Assembly: GCA_964418595.1 (NCBI GenBank)
Contig: CAYQMF010000001.1
Location: 92,258-156,257, forward strand
Source of the DNA: an uncultured candidatus Brocadiaceae bacterium
GTDB taxonomy: Bacteria; Planctomycetota; UBA1135; UBA2386
Length of the DNA: 64,000 nucleotides
Direction: 5' to 3'
Shown: positions 1 through 9,300 of the stretch, in pieces
How the letters are laid out: each line of letters starts with the position of its first letter
How positions within the stretch are numbered: the first letter of the stretch is position 1
Notes under the pieces: model-generated
What the model was told of the DNA's origin: nothing
Database searches by the model: none
Seen by the model: only the letters and a program-made list of their open reading frames with translations
Program-made: the position numbers and the translations under genes

Positions 1-648
1 GTCGACGCATCGCGGCGCGTGCTCGGGGATCGGCACGTGGAGACGCGCAACGCGATGGGCTCGTTGGCCAGGCAGCTCTCGACCGCGCGGCGCCACGACG
101 AGGCGCTGCATTGGTACGAGGAAGTGCTGCGCTGCTCGGACGATCTGCCCGCCACGGATCCCAAGCTGCTGTTCGCGCGGATCCGCCACGCCGACGGCCT
201 GCGCGCGGTCGGCCGTCTCGACGAAGCCGACGGCGAACTCGGCGCGGCTCGCGAGGTGTGCGAGGGGGCGCTGGGTCCGCACCATGCGCTCACGGGCATG
301 GCGCAACGCATGCAGGCCGACCTCTGGATCGCCCAGGGGCGGCGGGCCGAAGCCGCCGAGCTGGTCGCCGGCATCCTCGCCGCCGCATCCGGCGAGGCCA
401 CCGGCCAGCTCGCACACCTGCGCCTGCGGCACGCCGGCAACCTGCGCGCGCTGGGGCGGCATGCCGAAGCCGAGGCGCAGTTGCGCGACGCGCACGCGTT
501 CTTCGCGGAGGCGCGGGTCGGCGATCCGGCGCTGGGACGCGTGTTCGAGGAGTACGCGGCGCTGACGGAGGCGATGGGCAAGCCCGACGAGGCCGCCGTG
601 TGGCGGGAGCGACTGCAGGCGTGGCGGGCGACGCGCAGCGAGCGGTGA
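1..648 (+). CDS. TPR-repeat protein, C-terminal part (5' end outside the window)
   Basis: Frame 1 is open from nt 1 to the TGA at 646-648 (track ORF 19..648). It has A/L/R/E-rich helical pairs of the TPR kind (EALHWYEEVLRCSDD, AEAEAQLRDAHAFFAEA, EEYAALTEAMGKPDEAAVW). Third codon positions are G/C-dominated. Confidence 0.6.
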   Translation, partial: VDASRRVLGDRHVETRNAMGSLARQLSTARRHDEALHWYEEVLRCSDDLPATDPKLLFARIRHADGLRAVGRLDEADGELGAAREVCEGALGPHHALTGMAQRMQADLWIAQGRRAEAAELVAGILAAASGEATGQLAHLRLRHAGNLRALGRHAEAEAQLRDAHAFFAEARVGDPALGRVFEEYAALTEAMGKPDEAAVWRERLQAWRATRSER

Positions 649-706
649 TCGACGCCGACGATCCCGCCGGAACGCGCCGGGCTCGATTCCGTAGCATGGC
701 CCTCTC

Positions 707-2032
707 ATGTCGATCCCCCTCTCGCGCGTCTGCCTGTCCCTGTCTCTTCTCTCCGCCGCCGCGGCCGCGCAGCGCCTGTACGTCGACGCCGCCGCACCCC
801 CCGGCGGCAACGGCCAGACCTGGGCCACGGCCTACAACACGCTCGCCGACGCGGTCGTGCGCGTGACCGCGGGCGGTGAGATCTGGGTCGCACGCGGACT
901 CTATGCGGCCGGAGCCACGCTCCCCGCCAACGTCACCCTGCGCGGCGGCTTCCGCAACGGCGACACGCGCGCGGAGCAGGCGCAACCGATGCGCCAGCCC
1001 ACGTACCTCGACGGCGGCGGCACCCGCCGCGTGCTGACCCTGGCCAACGGCGTCGTCGTCGACGGCTTCGTGCTGCAGAACGGCAACGCACCGGCCCCCG
1101 GCGGCGGCGGCGCGCTCATCGATGCGACCAACCCCACGGTCCGGCGGTGCGTGTTCACGGCCAACAGCAACTCCGGCGGCCGCGGCGCCGCGCTCAGCGT
1201 GATCAATGGCGCCGATCCCGTCATCGCCGACTGCCTGTTCATCGCCAACGGCAACACCGGCCACACCATCGACGTCGACCGCGGCGCGGGCGGGACCTAC
1301 GACCACCTCACCGTCGCCGACAACCCGCACAACGGCCTGCACATGCAGGACGGCGCAGCGTGCGTGATCCGCAACAGCATGTTCGTGCGCAACAACGGCC
1401 GCGGCATCTGCGACTTCTCGAGCGGCGCGGCCAACCGGCCCACGCTCGACAACAACCTGTTCTGGCAGAACTCGGTCTCGCTCATGCACTACCGCGGCCA
1501 GGAGTTCCGCACGCTGGCAGCGGTGAACGCCCTGAGCTACGCGCGCGCCAACGTCGAGGGCGACCCGAACTTCGTCGGTGCCGGCGACTATCGCCTGCGC
1601 TCGCCCTCGGTCGCCATCGACGCCGGCACCGGCGACCCGGGCGTGGCGATGGATGCCTTCGGCGATCCCCGCGCGCTGGACGGTGACCTGAACGGCACGA
1701 TCGTGACCGACATCGGCTTCCACGAGTTCAGCCACGCGACGCTCGCGATCACCGGCACGCCCCGCCCCGGCAACACGCTCACCCTCGCGCTCGACGGCCA
1801 GGCCGGTCTGCTCGGCGCCCTCGCGCTGGGCGCACCCGGCGCGGCGTTCGTGCTGCCCCCGTTCGGAACGGTGTACGGCACGCCGCTCGTCGTGCTCGGC
1901 GTGGGCACGATCCCCGCGAACCTGCCGGTGCTGATCCCGGCGGGCGTGCGCGCGAATCTCGTCGCACAGCCCGTGGGCGCCAACGCCACGGCCGGCAACC
2001 TCGGCAACGCGATCGAGCTGCGGATCCAGTAG
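707..2032 (+). CDS. Secreted right-handed beta-helix repeat protein with C-terminal beta-sandwich-like module
   Basis: ATG at 707. The N-terminus is signal-like (LSLSLLSAAAAAQ). Repeated turn motifs (VLQNGNAPAPGGGGAL, FTANSNSGGRGAAL, FIANGNTGHTI, FVRNNGRGI) are typical of parallel beta-helix proteins. GC3 is strong. Confidence 0.7.
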   Translation: MSIPLSRVCLSLSLLSAAAAAQRLYVDAAAPPGGNGQTWATAYNTLADAVVRVTAGGEIWVARGLYAAGATLPANVTLRGGFRNGDTRAEQAQPMRQPTYLDGGGTRRVLTLANGVVVDGFVLQNGNAPAPGGGGALIDATNPTVRRCVFTANSNSGGRGAALSVINGADPVIADCLFIANGNTGHTIDVDRGAGGTYDHLTVADNPHNGLHMQDGAACVIRNSMFVRNNGRGICDFSSGAANRPTLDNNLFWQNSVSLMHYRGQEFRTLAAVNALSYARANVEGDPNFVGAGDYRLRSPSVAIDAGTGDPGVAMDAFGDPRALDGDLNGTIVTDIGFHEFSHATLAITGTPRPGNTLTLALDGQAGLLGALALGAPGAAFVLPPFGTVYGTPLVVLGVGTIPANLPVLIPAGVRANLVAQPVGANATAGNLGNAIELRIQ

Positions 2033-2084
2033 CGGGGCGACGCCCGAGCTTGCGCACGCGTCGCGCAACCGCCAACCTCCGGCG

Positions 2085-3392
2085 ATGCGCGTCGTGCTCG
2101 TCCTCGCCATCCTCGGAGGCACGCTGGCTTTCGACCCCCAGGACGGCGCCCACCCCCGCGGGCACGACCGCGAAGGCCTCCTCGTCGCCGAGCGACCGCT
2201 TCCCCTCTACTCCGACGACGTCGATCACCCGCTCAACCGGCTGCACGCGGCGCTGTTCGTCGCCACGCTCGTGCCCGACGAGATCGGGGCCGCGCTTCCC
2301 GCGGAGCGCCGGACCGCGGGGGACGCGTTCTTCGCGCCGAAGTGGTACTTCGCACACCGCGCGGGCAAGGCCGACGATGCCGCGGTGTTCGGCGGCGACG
2401 TGCGGTTCTCGCCGCTGCGCGAGCTGAAGGGTGAGCGCGCCGGGCGCGTGCGCGAGTTGCTCGCCGCGATGCAGACCACGGCCCAGGTCGACGCGATCCC
2501 GGAGCTGCGCGCGCCGCTCATGCGCCTCCTCCTGCAGTGGGACCTGCTCTCGCTGTGGTGGCGCTGCGAGCGCGACGACGCCGCCGACGCGGACACGCTG
2601 CTCGCCATGGCGCGCGCCATCCAGGCGCTCGCGCTGGATCCGGCCACACTCGCCGCGTTGGCGTCGGGGCGCGACGAGCTGGGCGCGTACGTCACAGAAG
2701 ACTCACCCGATCCGGCGAAACCCTGGTTCCCAGCCGACCTGCTGGCCACGCCGTCGACCTTCGTCGAGATCGATCGCAAGGACATGGCCCTCTTCCACGC
2801 GGAGAAGTCGCTGCGCGCGGTGCGCGCTTTCGTGCGCGTGCCGGAAGGCCGTGAGGCGAGCGAGAAGGCCATCCTTGCCGCCGGCGCCGCCGGCAGGGAC
2901 GGCCCGCTCCCCGAGATCCCGCTCGGCTCCGAGGTGGCACTCGCGCTCTCGCTCCTGGCGGTGGCGCCCGACCTCTCGATCGTCGCGACCCCGGTGATCG
3001 ACGAGGTGCGCGTGCGCCGCATCACCGGCGAAGCGAAGTTCGCGCCCGACAACGGCAGCAGCCGCGACGGCATGAGCCACTGGGTCTACTTTCGCTCGCG
3101 GCGCGGCAGCCGCGTCCCGGCGACGACGCCCGCCTTCCGCTTCGTGCCCGACACGACGCAGGCCATGTTCCTGGAGTACGGCACCCTCAAGCGCACGACG
3201 TACTTCGCCCAGTGCGCCCTGTGCCACCGCCTCACTGGGGGCAGCACCCAGACCCCCGCCGGCATCACCTCGCTCGGCCGATTCGCCGAGGCAAAGGTCT
3301 GCGACGACCCGGCCACCCGGTTGCGGCGCGCCGAAGCGCAGGCCAGCAAGATCGGCGAACGGCTGCGCGCGCGGCTCGGCTCCTGCCGCTGA
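2085..3392 (+). CDS. Hypothetical exported protein with a single C-terminal CxxCH motif
   Basis: ATG at 2085. The N-terminus is hydrophobic (MRVVLVLAILGGTLAF). The frame is GC3-rich for 435 codons. CALCH is encoded at 3213-3227. I recognise no family. Confidence 0.6.
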   Translation: MRVVLVLAILGGTLAFDPQDGAHPRGHDREGLLVAERPLPLYSDDVDHPLNRLHAALFVATLVPDEIGAALPAERRTAGDAFFAPKWYFAHRAGKADDAAVFGGDVRFSPLRELKGERAGRVRELLAAMQTTAQVDAIPELRAPLMRLLLQWDLLSLWWRCERDDAADADTLLAMARAIQALALDPATLAALASGRDELGAYVTEDSPDPAKPWFPADLLATPSTFVEIDRKDMALFHAEKSLRAVRAFVRVPEGREASEKAILAAGAAGRDGPLPEIPLGSEVALALSLLAVAPDLSIVATPVIDEVRVRRITGEAKFAPDNGSSRDGMSHWVYFRSRRGSRVPATTPAFRFVPDTTQAMFLEYGTLKRTTYFAQCALCHRLTGGSTQTPAGITSLGRFAEAKVCDDPATRLRRAEAQASKIGERLRARLGSCR

Positions 3393-3470
3393 TCCGTTAT
3401 CTTGAACGGACCTGTAATGGCCCGCGCGGTCGTCGGACTGGTGGTGCGTCCCTCACCCAAACGAGAACCC

Positions 3471-3998
3471 ATGAACCTCCTCCGCAAGAACCTCCTCCGC
3501 AACGCCGCCGCCGCCCTTCTCTTCGCCGCCGCCCCCCTCAGCGCGCAGACCACGGGTGTCCCCGGCATCAACAACCTCCAGATGATGCTCCCGCCGGGCT
3601 ACCTCCCCACGGGCGGCAGCACGGTGTCCTGCTCGACCTTCGTCACCACCGGCGCCACCGGCACCAACGTCGTCGCCTTCCAGCTCGATGCAGTCGGCGC
3701 GACCGGCGCGATGCTGCTCGTCAGCCCGCTCGGCTGCAACCCGACGTACTGGCCGTTCTTCCCCACCGCCGCGCCCGCGTGCGCCGGCCCGCTCGGCGGC
3801 CCCACCAACCTCTGGCTGTCGCTCGTCGCCGGCGGCCCGTTCCCCATCATGATCGCGGGTCAGATCAACAGCGCCGGCATGGCGCGGTGGAACTTCAACC
3901 TCACCTGGCCGATCCCGCCGCTCTACTTCCAGGGCCTGATGATCGACCTCTGCTCGCCGACGGGCTTCAAGTTCTCGCAGGCGATGGGCTTCCAGTAG
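3471..3998 (+). CDS. Small secreted Cys-containing protein of unknown function
   Basis: The track ORF is 3402..3998. I prefer the ATG at 3471 (MNLLRKNLLRNAAAALLFAAAPLSAQ), which gives a canonical signal peptide. The C-terminal LYFQGLMID...GFQ resembles the module in four other exported proteins here. Confidence 0.6.
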   Translation: MNLLRKNLLRNAAAALLFAAAPLSAQTTGVPGINNLQMMLPPGYLPTGGSTVSCSTFVTTGATGTNVVAFQLDAVGATGAMLLVSPLGCNPTYWPFFPTAAPACAGPLGGPTNLWLSLVAGGPFPIMIAGQINSAGMARWNFNLTWPIPPLYFQGLMIDLCSPTGFKFSQAMGFQ

Positions 3999-4034
3999 GC
4001 CTGCGCGCTACCTGAGGTACTGCGCCGGGTCGGC
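3997..4034. repeat. Left copy of the 38/39-bp direct repeat flanking the mntA-hepT cassette
   Basis: aggcctgcgcgctacctgaggtactgcgccgggtcggc. It differs from 4879-4917 by 2 substitutions and 1 indel. It contains the palindrome TACCTGAGGTA. On the minus strand it encodes a ghost gene end, ...DPAQYLR-stop. Confidence 0.9.
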
Positions 4035-4054
4035 CTCGGGCCTAGACTGCGTTC

Positions 4055-4444
4055 GTGCTCGAGGCCATCGCCCAAGTCCTCCGTCAGGAACCGAGGGTCG
4101 CATACGCGCTCCTGTTCGGTTCCAGGGCTCGGGGAGATGCGCGCCAAGACAGCGACCTGGACCTGGCAGTGGGCACGAGCGCCGGCCTGGATGCGCGCGA
4201 ACTGGGAGATCTGATCGGACGCCTCGAGAGCGTGTCGGGCGCGACCGTCGATCTGATCCTCCTCGACGAGGCACCGCCTGCACTGGCCTACCGGGTCTTC
4301 CGCGACGGTGTGGTCGTGCTCGAGCGGGACCACCGCGCGTTGGTCGCGCGCAAGGCCAAGGCAGTGCTGGAGTACCTCGACTTCAAGCCGATCGAAGACC
4401 TGTGCGCGGCGGGCGCGTTGGCGGTGGCGCGGCGTGGTCGATAA
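4055..4444 (+). CDS. mntA: MntA-type nucleotidyltransferase (type VII antitoxin)
   Basis: GTG at 4055. It has the minimal nucleotidyltransferase motif LFGSRARGDARQDSDLDLAV (GSx..GxxxxxSDxD), is 129 aa long, and sits immediately upstream of and overlapping a DUF86 gene. Confidence 0.85.
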   Translation: MLEAIAQVLRQEPRVAYALLFGSRARGDARQDSDLDLAVGTSAGLDARELGDLIGRLESVSGATVDLILLDEAPPALAYRVFRDGVVVLERDHRALVARKAKAVLEYLDFKPIEDLCAAGALAVARRGR

Positions 4445-4868
4445 GCCACTCCTCGCGAAGGGGCTCGCCGAGATTCGCGACGCCGTGTTGCGGATTCGCG
4501 ACGTGCTGCCAGCCAGGTTCGAGGACTTCGCCAAGGACCGCACGGCGCGTGAGGTCGTCGTGCTCAACCTGTTCGTCGCGCTGCAACTGTGTCTGACGCT
4601 CGCCGCCCACTGGTTGGCGGATGAGGGGCGCAAGGTGCCGGCTGGCTACCGTGACCTGTTCCTCGCCCTGGCGGGCACGGGCGCGCTCGAAGCCGGACTC
4701 GCTTCGCGACTTGCCGCGGCGTCGGGTCTCCGCAACCTGATCGCGCATCGCTACGGCATCATCGACTGGGCGCGCATCCATGCGATCGCCGGGCGCGACC
4801 TCGACGACCTCCTGGCATTCTGCACACAGTTGGCACTGCGGGCCGACCAGGCACCACCTGGACCGTGA
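4434..4868 (+). CDS. hepT: HepT-type (DUF86) RNase toxin
   Basis: The in-frame GTG at 4434 overlaps the mntA stop by 11 nt (the track ORF 4308..4868 is over-extended upstream). The HEPN Rx4HxY motif is present as RNLIAHRY. Confidence 0.85.
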   Translation: MVDKPLLAKGLAEIRDAVLRIRDVLPARFEDFAKDRTAREVVVLNLFVALQLCLTLAAHWLADEGRKVPAGYRDLFLALAGTGALEAGLASRLAAASGLRNLIAHRYGIIDWARIHAIAGRDLDDLLAFCTQLALRADQAPPGP

Positions 4869-4878
4869 GCGCGGTCGA

Positions 4879-4917
4879 AGGCCCGCGCGCTACCTGAGGT
4901 ACTCCGCCGGGATCGGC
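4879..4917. repeat. Right copy of the direct repeat flanking the mntA-hepT cassette
   Basis: aggcccgcgcgctacctgaggtactccgccgggatcggc. It overlaps the true 3' end (...PIPAEYLR-stop) of the minus-strand ThuA-like gene. Confidence 0.9.
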
Positions 4918-6359
4918 GCCGTCGCGCTCTCCTGCTGCCAGAACACGTTCAGGATCCACCAGCGGGTGCCGTCGAAGACGCACTGGATGCTGTTGATCCC
5001 GCGCATGAAGGGCTTCGCCTCCTCGCCGCGCCACGCCTCGTAGGTGCTGAACACCTGCGCGATGTTGCCGAAACGATCGACGCGGCGCGCGATCTCCTTC
5101 TCACGGAAGCCCATGCTCACCAGGCTGTCGCCGGAGCGCGCGATGTAGTCCTCGACGCTCACGAAGGTGTGGCCGTGACCGCCACCCGACCGCGGCCCGC
5201 TCGGGATCAAGCGGGCGTCGGGGGCGAAGAGCGAGCGCATGAGGTCGAAGTCGCGGGGCGCGCCGACCGGGCCGGAGATCGCCGCGTAGAGCCCCGCGAT
5301 GATGCCGTCGAGCGTGGTCAGGTCCCCGCCGAGGGCGGCCTGCGCCGGCGTCATCGCCTTCTCGACCCAGTGCTCGTCCTTGTGGAAGGCAAACCGCGAC
5401 GGGTCGTACGCGCCGACGAGCGCCGCGTCGGTGCCGGTCGCCGGGATCGCTTCGCCGAGCCCCGCGAGCCAGTACACCGCGTTCACCAGCATCCGCCGCG
5501 TGCCCTCGCGCACGAGGTCGGTGGACGCCCCCATCGTCGTCGCGAATGAGCGCCCCGGCTTCCCGCCGGGCAACGTGTAGGTCTTGGTCCACGCCACCGG
5601 CATCAACGGGTCGTTCTTCTTGCCCTCCACCGGCGCGTCGTCCGGCGACATCCCGGCCAGCACCTGCCCGAGCACGATCGGTTGGCTGTCGCCGGGCAAT
5701 GGCAGGCGCACGCCGTACACATCGGTGGGCCCCCACACGTCGCGATCCTGCAGGCCGCGCGTCAGCACGTGCGTGCGCGCGCCGGGCGCGATCAGGCCGC
5801 CCGTGCTCTCCTGGCCGTGGTGGCCATGGTGGCTGATCCACATCTCGCCGAGCACCAGCCGTCCGAAGCCCCCCTTCCACTCGGCCGGCTCACCGCCGAA
5901 CCCGTTGCCGTAGCGCGCGTACGGCTTGTCCTTCGGAATGTTGAACGCGTGCGTCGCGGTGCGCATGCCGAGCACCGGGCCGCCGCGCATGAGGTACGCG
6001 TCGATGTGCGCCATCTGCTCGTCGGGCAGGTCGCGGAAGCGCGTCTGGATCACCATCACATCCGCCGACGCGAGCGCCTCGAGGCCGGGGATGTTGTGCG
6101 TGTTGTTCGGCTGGATCTGGCCGGTTGCCGGATCGATCGCGAACAGCACCGTGCAACGGAAGCCGTGCCGCACGGCGAGGATCTTGCCCAGCGCGGGCAG
6201 CGCTTCCTCGCTGCGGTACTCCTCGTCGCCGGACACCAGCACGATGTGCTTGCCCTTGCCGGGGCCGTCCCCGCCTTCGTAGGTGGTCCACGGCTGCTGA
6301 GCCGCGGCGGGCGGGAGGAAGACGCAGAGCGCGAGGAGGGAAGTCTTCATGACGGGCAT
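4890..6359 (-). CDS. Exported ThuA-like (class I glutamine amidotransferase-fold) domain fused to a C-terminal NTF2/SnoaL-like domain
   Basis: The start is the ATG at 6359 (MPVMKTSLLALCVFLPPAAAQ, a signal peptide). The track ORF 4890..6836 is over-extended into the upstream gene. The ThuA-like core reads HIVLVSGDEEYRSEE...VMVIQTRF. The last ~140 aa look like an NTF2-like fold (GIIAGLYAAISG...CVFDGTRWWILNVFWQ). It lies 12 nt downstream of the 1462-aa gene. Confidence 0.75.
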   Translation of the reverse strand: MPVMKTSLLALCVFLPPAAAQQPWTTYEGGDGPGKGKHIVLVSGDEEYRSEEALPALGKILAVRHGFRCTVLFAIDPATGQIQPNNTHNIPGLEALASADVMVIQTRFRDLPDEQMAHIDAYLMRGGPVLGMRTATHAFNIPKDKPYARYGNGFGGEPAEWKGGFGRLVLGEMWISHHGHHGQESTGGLIAPGARTHVLTRGLQDRDVWGPTDVYGVRLPLPGDSQPIVLGQVLAGMSPDDAPVEGKKNDPLMPVAWTKTYTLPGGKPGRSFATTMGASTDLVREGTRRMLVNAVYWLAGLGEAIPATGTDAALVGAYDPSRFAFHKDEHWVEKAMTPAQAALGGDLTTLDGIIAGLYAAISGPVGAPRDFDLMRSLFAPDARLIPSGPRSGGGHGHTFVSVEDYIARSGDSLVSMGFREKEIARRVDRFGNIAQVFSTYEAWRGEEAKPFMRGINSIQCVFDGTRWWILNVFWQQESATAPIPAEYLR

Positions 6360-6370
6360 GGGTGGTCGGT

Positions 6371-9300
6371 TCACGGACGGACGTGCATCACGCCGCGCAT
6401 GATGCGCCAGTGGCCGGGGAAGGTGCAGACGTACGGGTAGTCGCCGGGGGTCGAGGGCGCCGTGAACTCCAGGGTCGCGCTCTCGCCGGGGTTGAGCAGG
6501 CGGATCGAGTGCAGCACGCGCGGGTCCTGCGGCACGAAGTTCTTCGCGAAGCCGTCGGCCCCCATCACGTCGGCGAGCGCGCCGATCGCCTCGAGCGAGC
6601 CCGGTGCGAGGATCAGCAGGTTGTGCTGCATGGCGTCCGGATTCCGCAGGACGAGCCGCACCGGCCGACCCGCGGTGACCGCGAACTCCTCCTGGTCGTA
6701 GCGCATCTTCTCGGGCACCGTGCGCAGCTCGACGACCTGCGGGTTGATCGCGGTCAGCGAAGCGCGCACCGGTGTCGCCTCCGCTGCGGGCAAGGCACCC
6801 GCGAGCTGCTCCGTCAGCCGCACCACACGCTTCCACGCCTCCGCCTCACGCTCCGCCGGCGCCGCCGCCGTCGCGATCCGCAGCAGGTCGCGCACGAGCA
6901 CCCGGGCGACGGGCGCCGGCATCTCCGCACACGGCATCTGCAGGAGCGCGTCGACCGCCGCGCCGCGCACCTGGTCGGCGCGTACGAGCTGCGCCAGATC
7001 TGCGAACTTCGCGTCGCGCTGCCCCGGCACCCGCACCGCGGCCGCAATCGCCGCGCGCCGCAACGCGAGGCTGCCGTCGACGCTCAGCGCGGCCGCGGGG
7101 ATGTCCTGCTTGCCGAAGCCGGGCCCGCTCCACGCCAGGCGCAGATGATCGGCGCCGCCGGCGTCGTAGTAGGTGACGACGATGGGGTGCTGGCCGACCA
7201 GAAGGTCGATCGTGCCACGCTTCTCGACCACGCCGTGCGGGCCATCGTTGCTGACCACTTCGCGGTCGTCGACCCATAGGCGCGAGCCGTCGTCGGACGC
7301 GCAGAAGAACGTGTACTTCCCCGGCGCCGCCACGCTCAGCGTCGCCGACAGCACGAGCGCGTAGGGCTCGCTCGTGATCCCGGGGACCTCGTGCGTGAAG
7401 GTCTCGACCGTACCCATGGCCTTGGGCGTGAGCGCCGCCAGCGTCTCACGCCGCACGTCGGGGAAGCTCTGCTCCTCGTACAGCGAAAACGCGACGCCGG
7501 TGCTGCCCGGCGCGCCCGCCGCGAGGCTCTCCGGCACCCCGAACATCAGCGGCTGCACGCGCGCCCACGCGTCGCCCGCGGTCGCGGGCAACTCGCCGCC
7601 GAACGCAATCCCGCGCAACAGCTCGCTCAGGGCGGCGACGCTGGTGCTCGCGGTCTCCCACGCCGAAGCGACCCCGCCCGACGCCCGCACCCAGGCGCCG
7701 TAGGCGGCGGCGCGCACGTCGCTCCGCTTCGCCTCGCGCGCCAGCGCCTGCACCTCCGCCAGTCTGCCGGTCAGCTCCGCCGGCGGCCAGGCGACCAGCA
7801 GCGCACCGAGGTCCGTCGCCCCCGGCGCATCCGACGCCGCGCCGCGCAGGCTCGCCAGCAGTTCGACCAGCGCCGGCCGACCGCTCTTCTGCGCGAGCGC
7901 TTCGAGCGCGCTGCGGCGCTCGCTCGCGGCCACGCCGGCGCGGCCCAGCAAAGCCTTGCACACCGCGTCGGTGCGCGGCAGGCGCGCGAGGTCGGCGGCG
8001 TCGACCATGTCGAGCAGCCAGGCCAACCCCGCGTCGTGGCCCTTCGCGAACGACTCGCCGGCGCGGATCGCCTCCGTCCACTGCGGGCGCAGGGTCAGCA
8101 TGGTCTCGCGCAGCATGTAGCGCAGGTAGCGGTCCAAGGGCTGGCTTGCGGCGCGCAGCGCGATCTCCGCCGCGCGGGCGCTGGCGAAGAAGCTGCACGC
8201 CCGCACCACCTCCGCGCGCACGCGCGCATCGGGATCGACGACCATCTCGCCGAGCACGTCGAGCGCATACGGCGCCGTGTGGCGGACCTCGCACAGCACG
8301 CGCGTGGCGGCCGCGCGCGCCCGCGCCTCCGGCGAGCGGAGCACGCGACGCAGGTGGTCGGCGTCGACGGCGTCGCACATCTGCTGCACCCACAGCGCCT
8401 CGAGCAGCAGGTGCTCGCGATCCGGTGCGTCGGCGGGCAGCGCCGCGAGCCACGCCTGCAGCGCGACGAGGACCTTCGCCGGCGGACGGCCCGAGAGTTC
8501 CCGCCGCGCCCGGTAGCGCACCGGGTCGTCGCGCTCCGCGAGCTGCGCCATGAGCGTCGCCTCGCTCGCTTCGTGGTTCGCCTTCGGCGTGAGCCTGCTC
8601 CGCTCCGGGTTGCTGATGCGATACACGCGGCCGTGCACGCGATCGCGGCTCGGATCGCGCAGGTTGTGCTGCATGTGCCCGATGATCGGGTTCTGCCAAT
8701 CGACGAAGTACACCGCCCCGTCGCCGCCGATCTCGACGTCGACCGGCCGGAAGTTCGAGTCCGTCGACGACACCAACGGCTCGACCTCCGTGGCCTGGAA
8801 GCCCGCGCCGTCGTCCTCGAAGCGGTACTGCAGGATGCCGAGGAAACCGATGCAGTTGCTCACCAGCCAGTTGCCCTGCATCGCCTCGGGGAAGTGCGCG
8901 CTGGACAGGATCGCGGTGCCGCCGCACGGCCGCGTGCGCTGGCGGTACACGGTGGGCGCGCCGGCCACCTTGCGCGGGTGCTCCGTGTGCACGGAGATCG
9001 CCGCGCCCCAGTACGGCACGGCACCCGTGCCGTCGGTGACGAAGTCCTGGCCCCAGCGGTCGAACACGTGCCCGTGCGGGTTGGCGAAGCCGTACGCCGC
9101 ATACACCTCGAAGCGATCGCTGCGCGGCTCGTAACGGAACACGCCGGCGTTGAAGCTCCGCACCGGCGGTCCCCACGGCGTCTCGACGCCGGTGTGGTGA
9201 AACGTGCCCTCCTGCATGTAGAGCGCGCCGCCGGGGCTGAACACGAAGCTGTTGATCGAGTGGTGCGTGTCGGCGGAATCGATGCCGGAGAGCACGCGCA

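Noticed and set aside
3997-4917. The TA cassette as an integron gene cassette, with the repeat as attC.
   Set aside because: No integron integrase or attI is present in the window. The repeat is a direct duplication of a coding 3' end rather than an imperfect-palindrome attC with RYYYAAC/GTTRRRY cores. I kept it as an unexplained flanking repeat instead.
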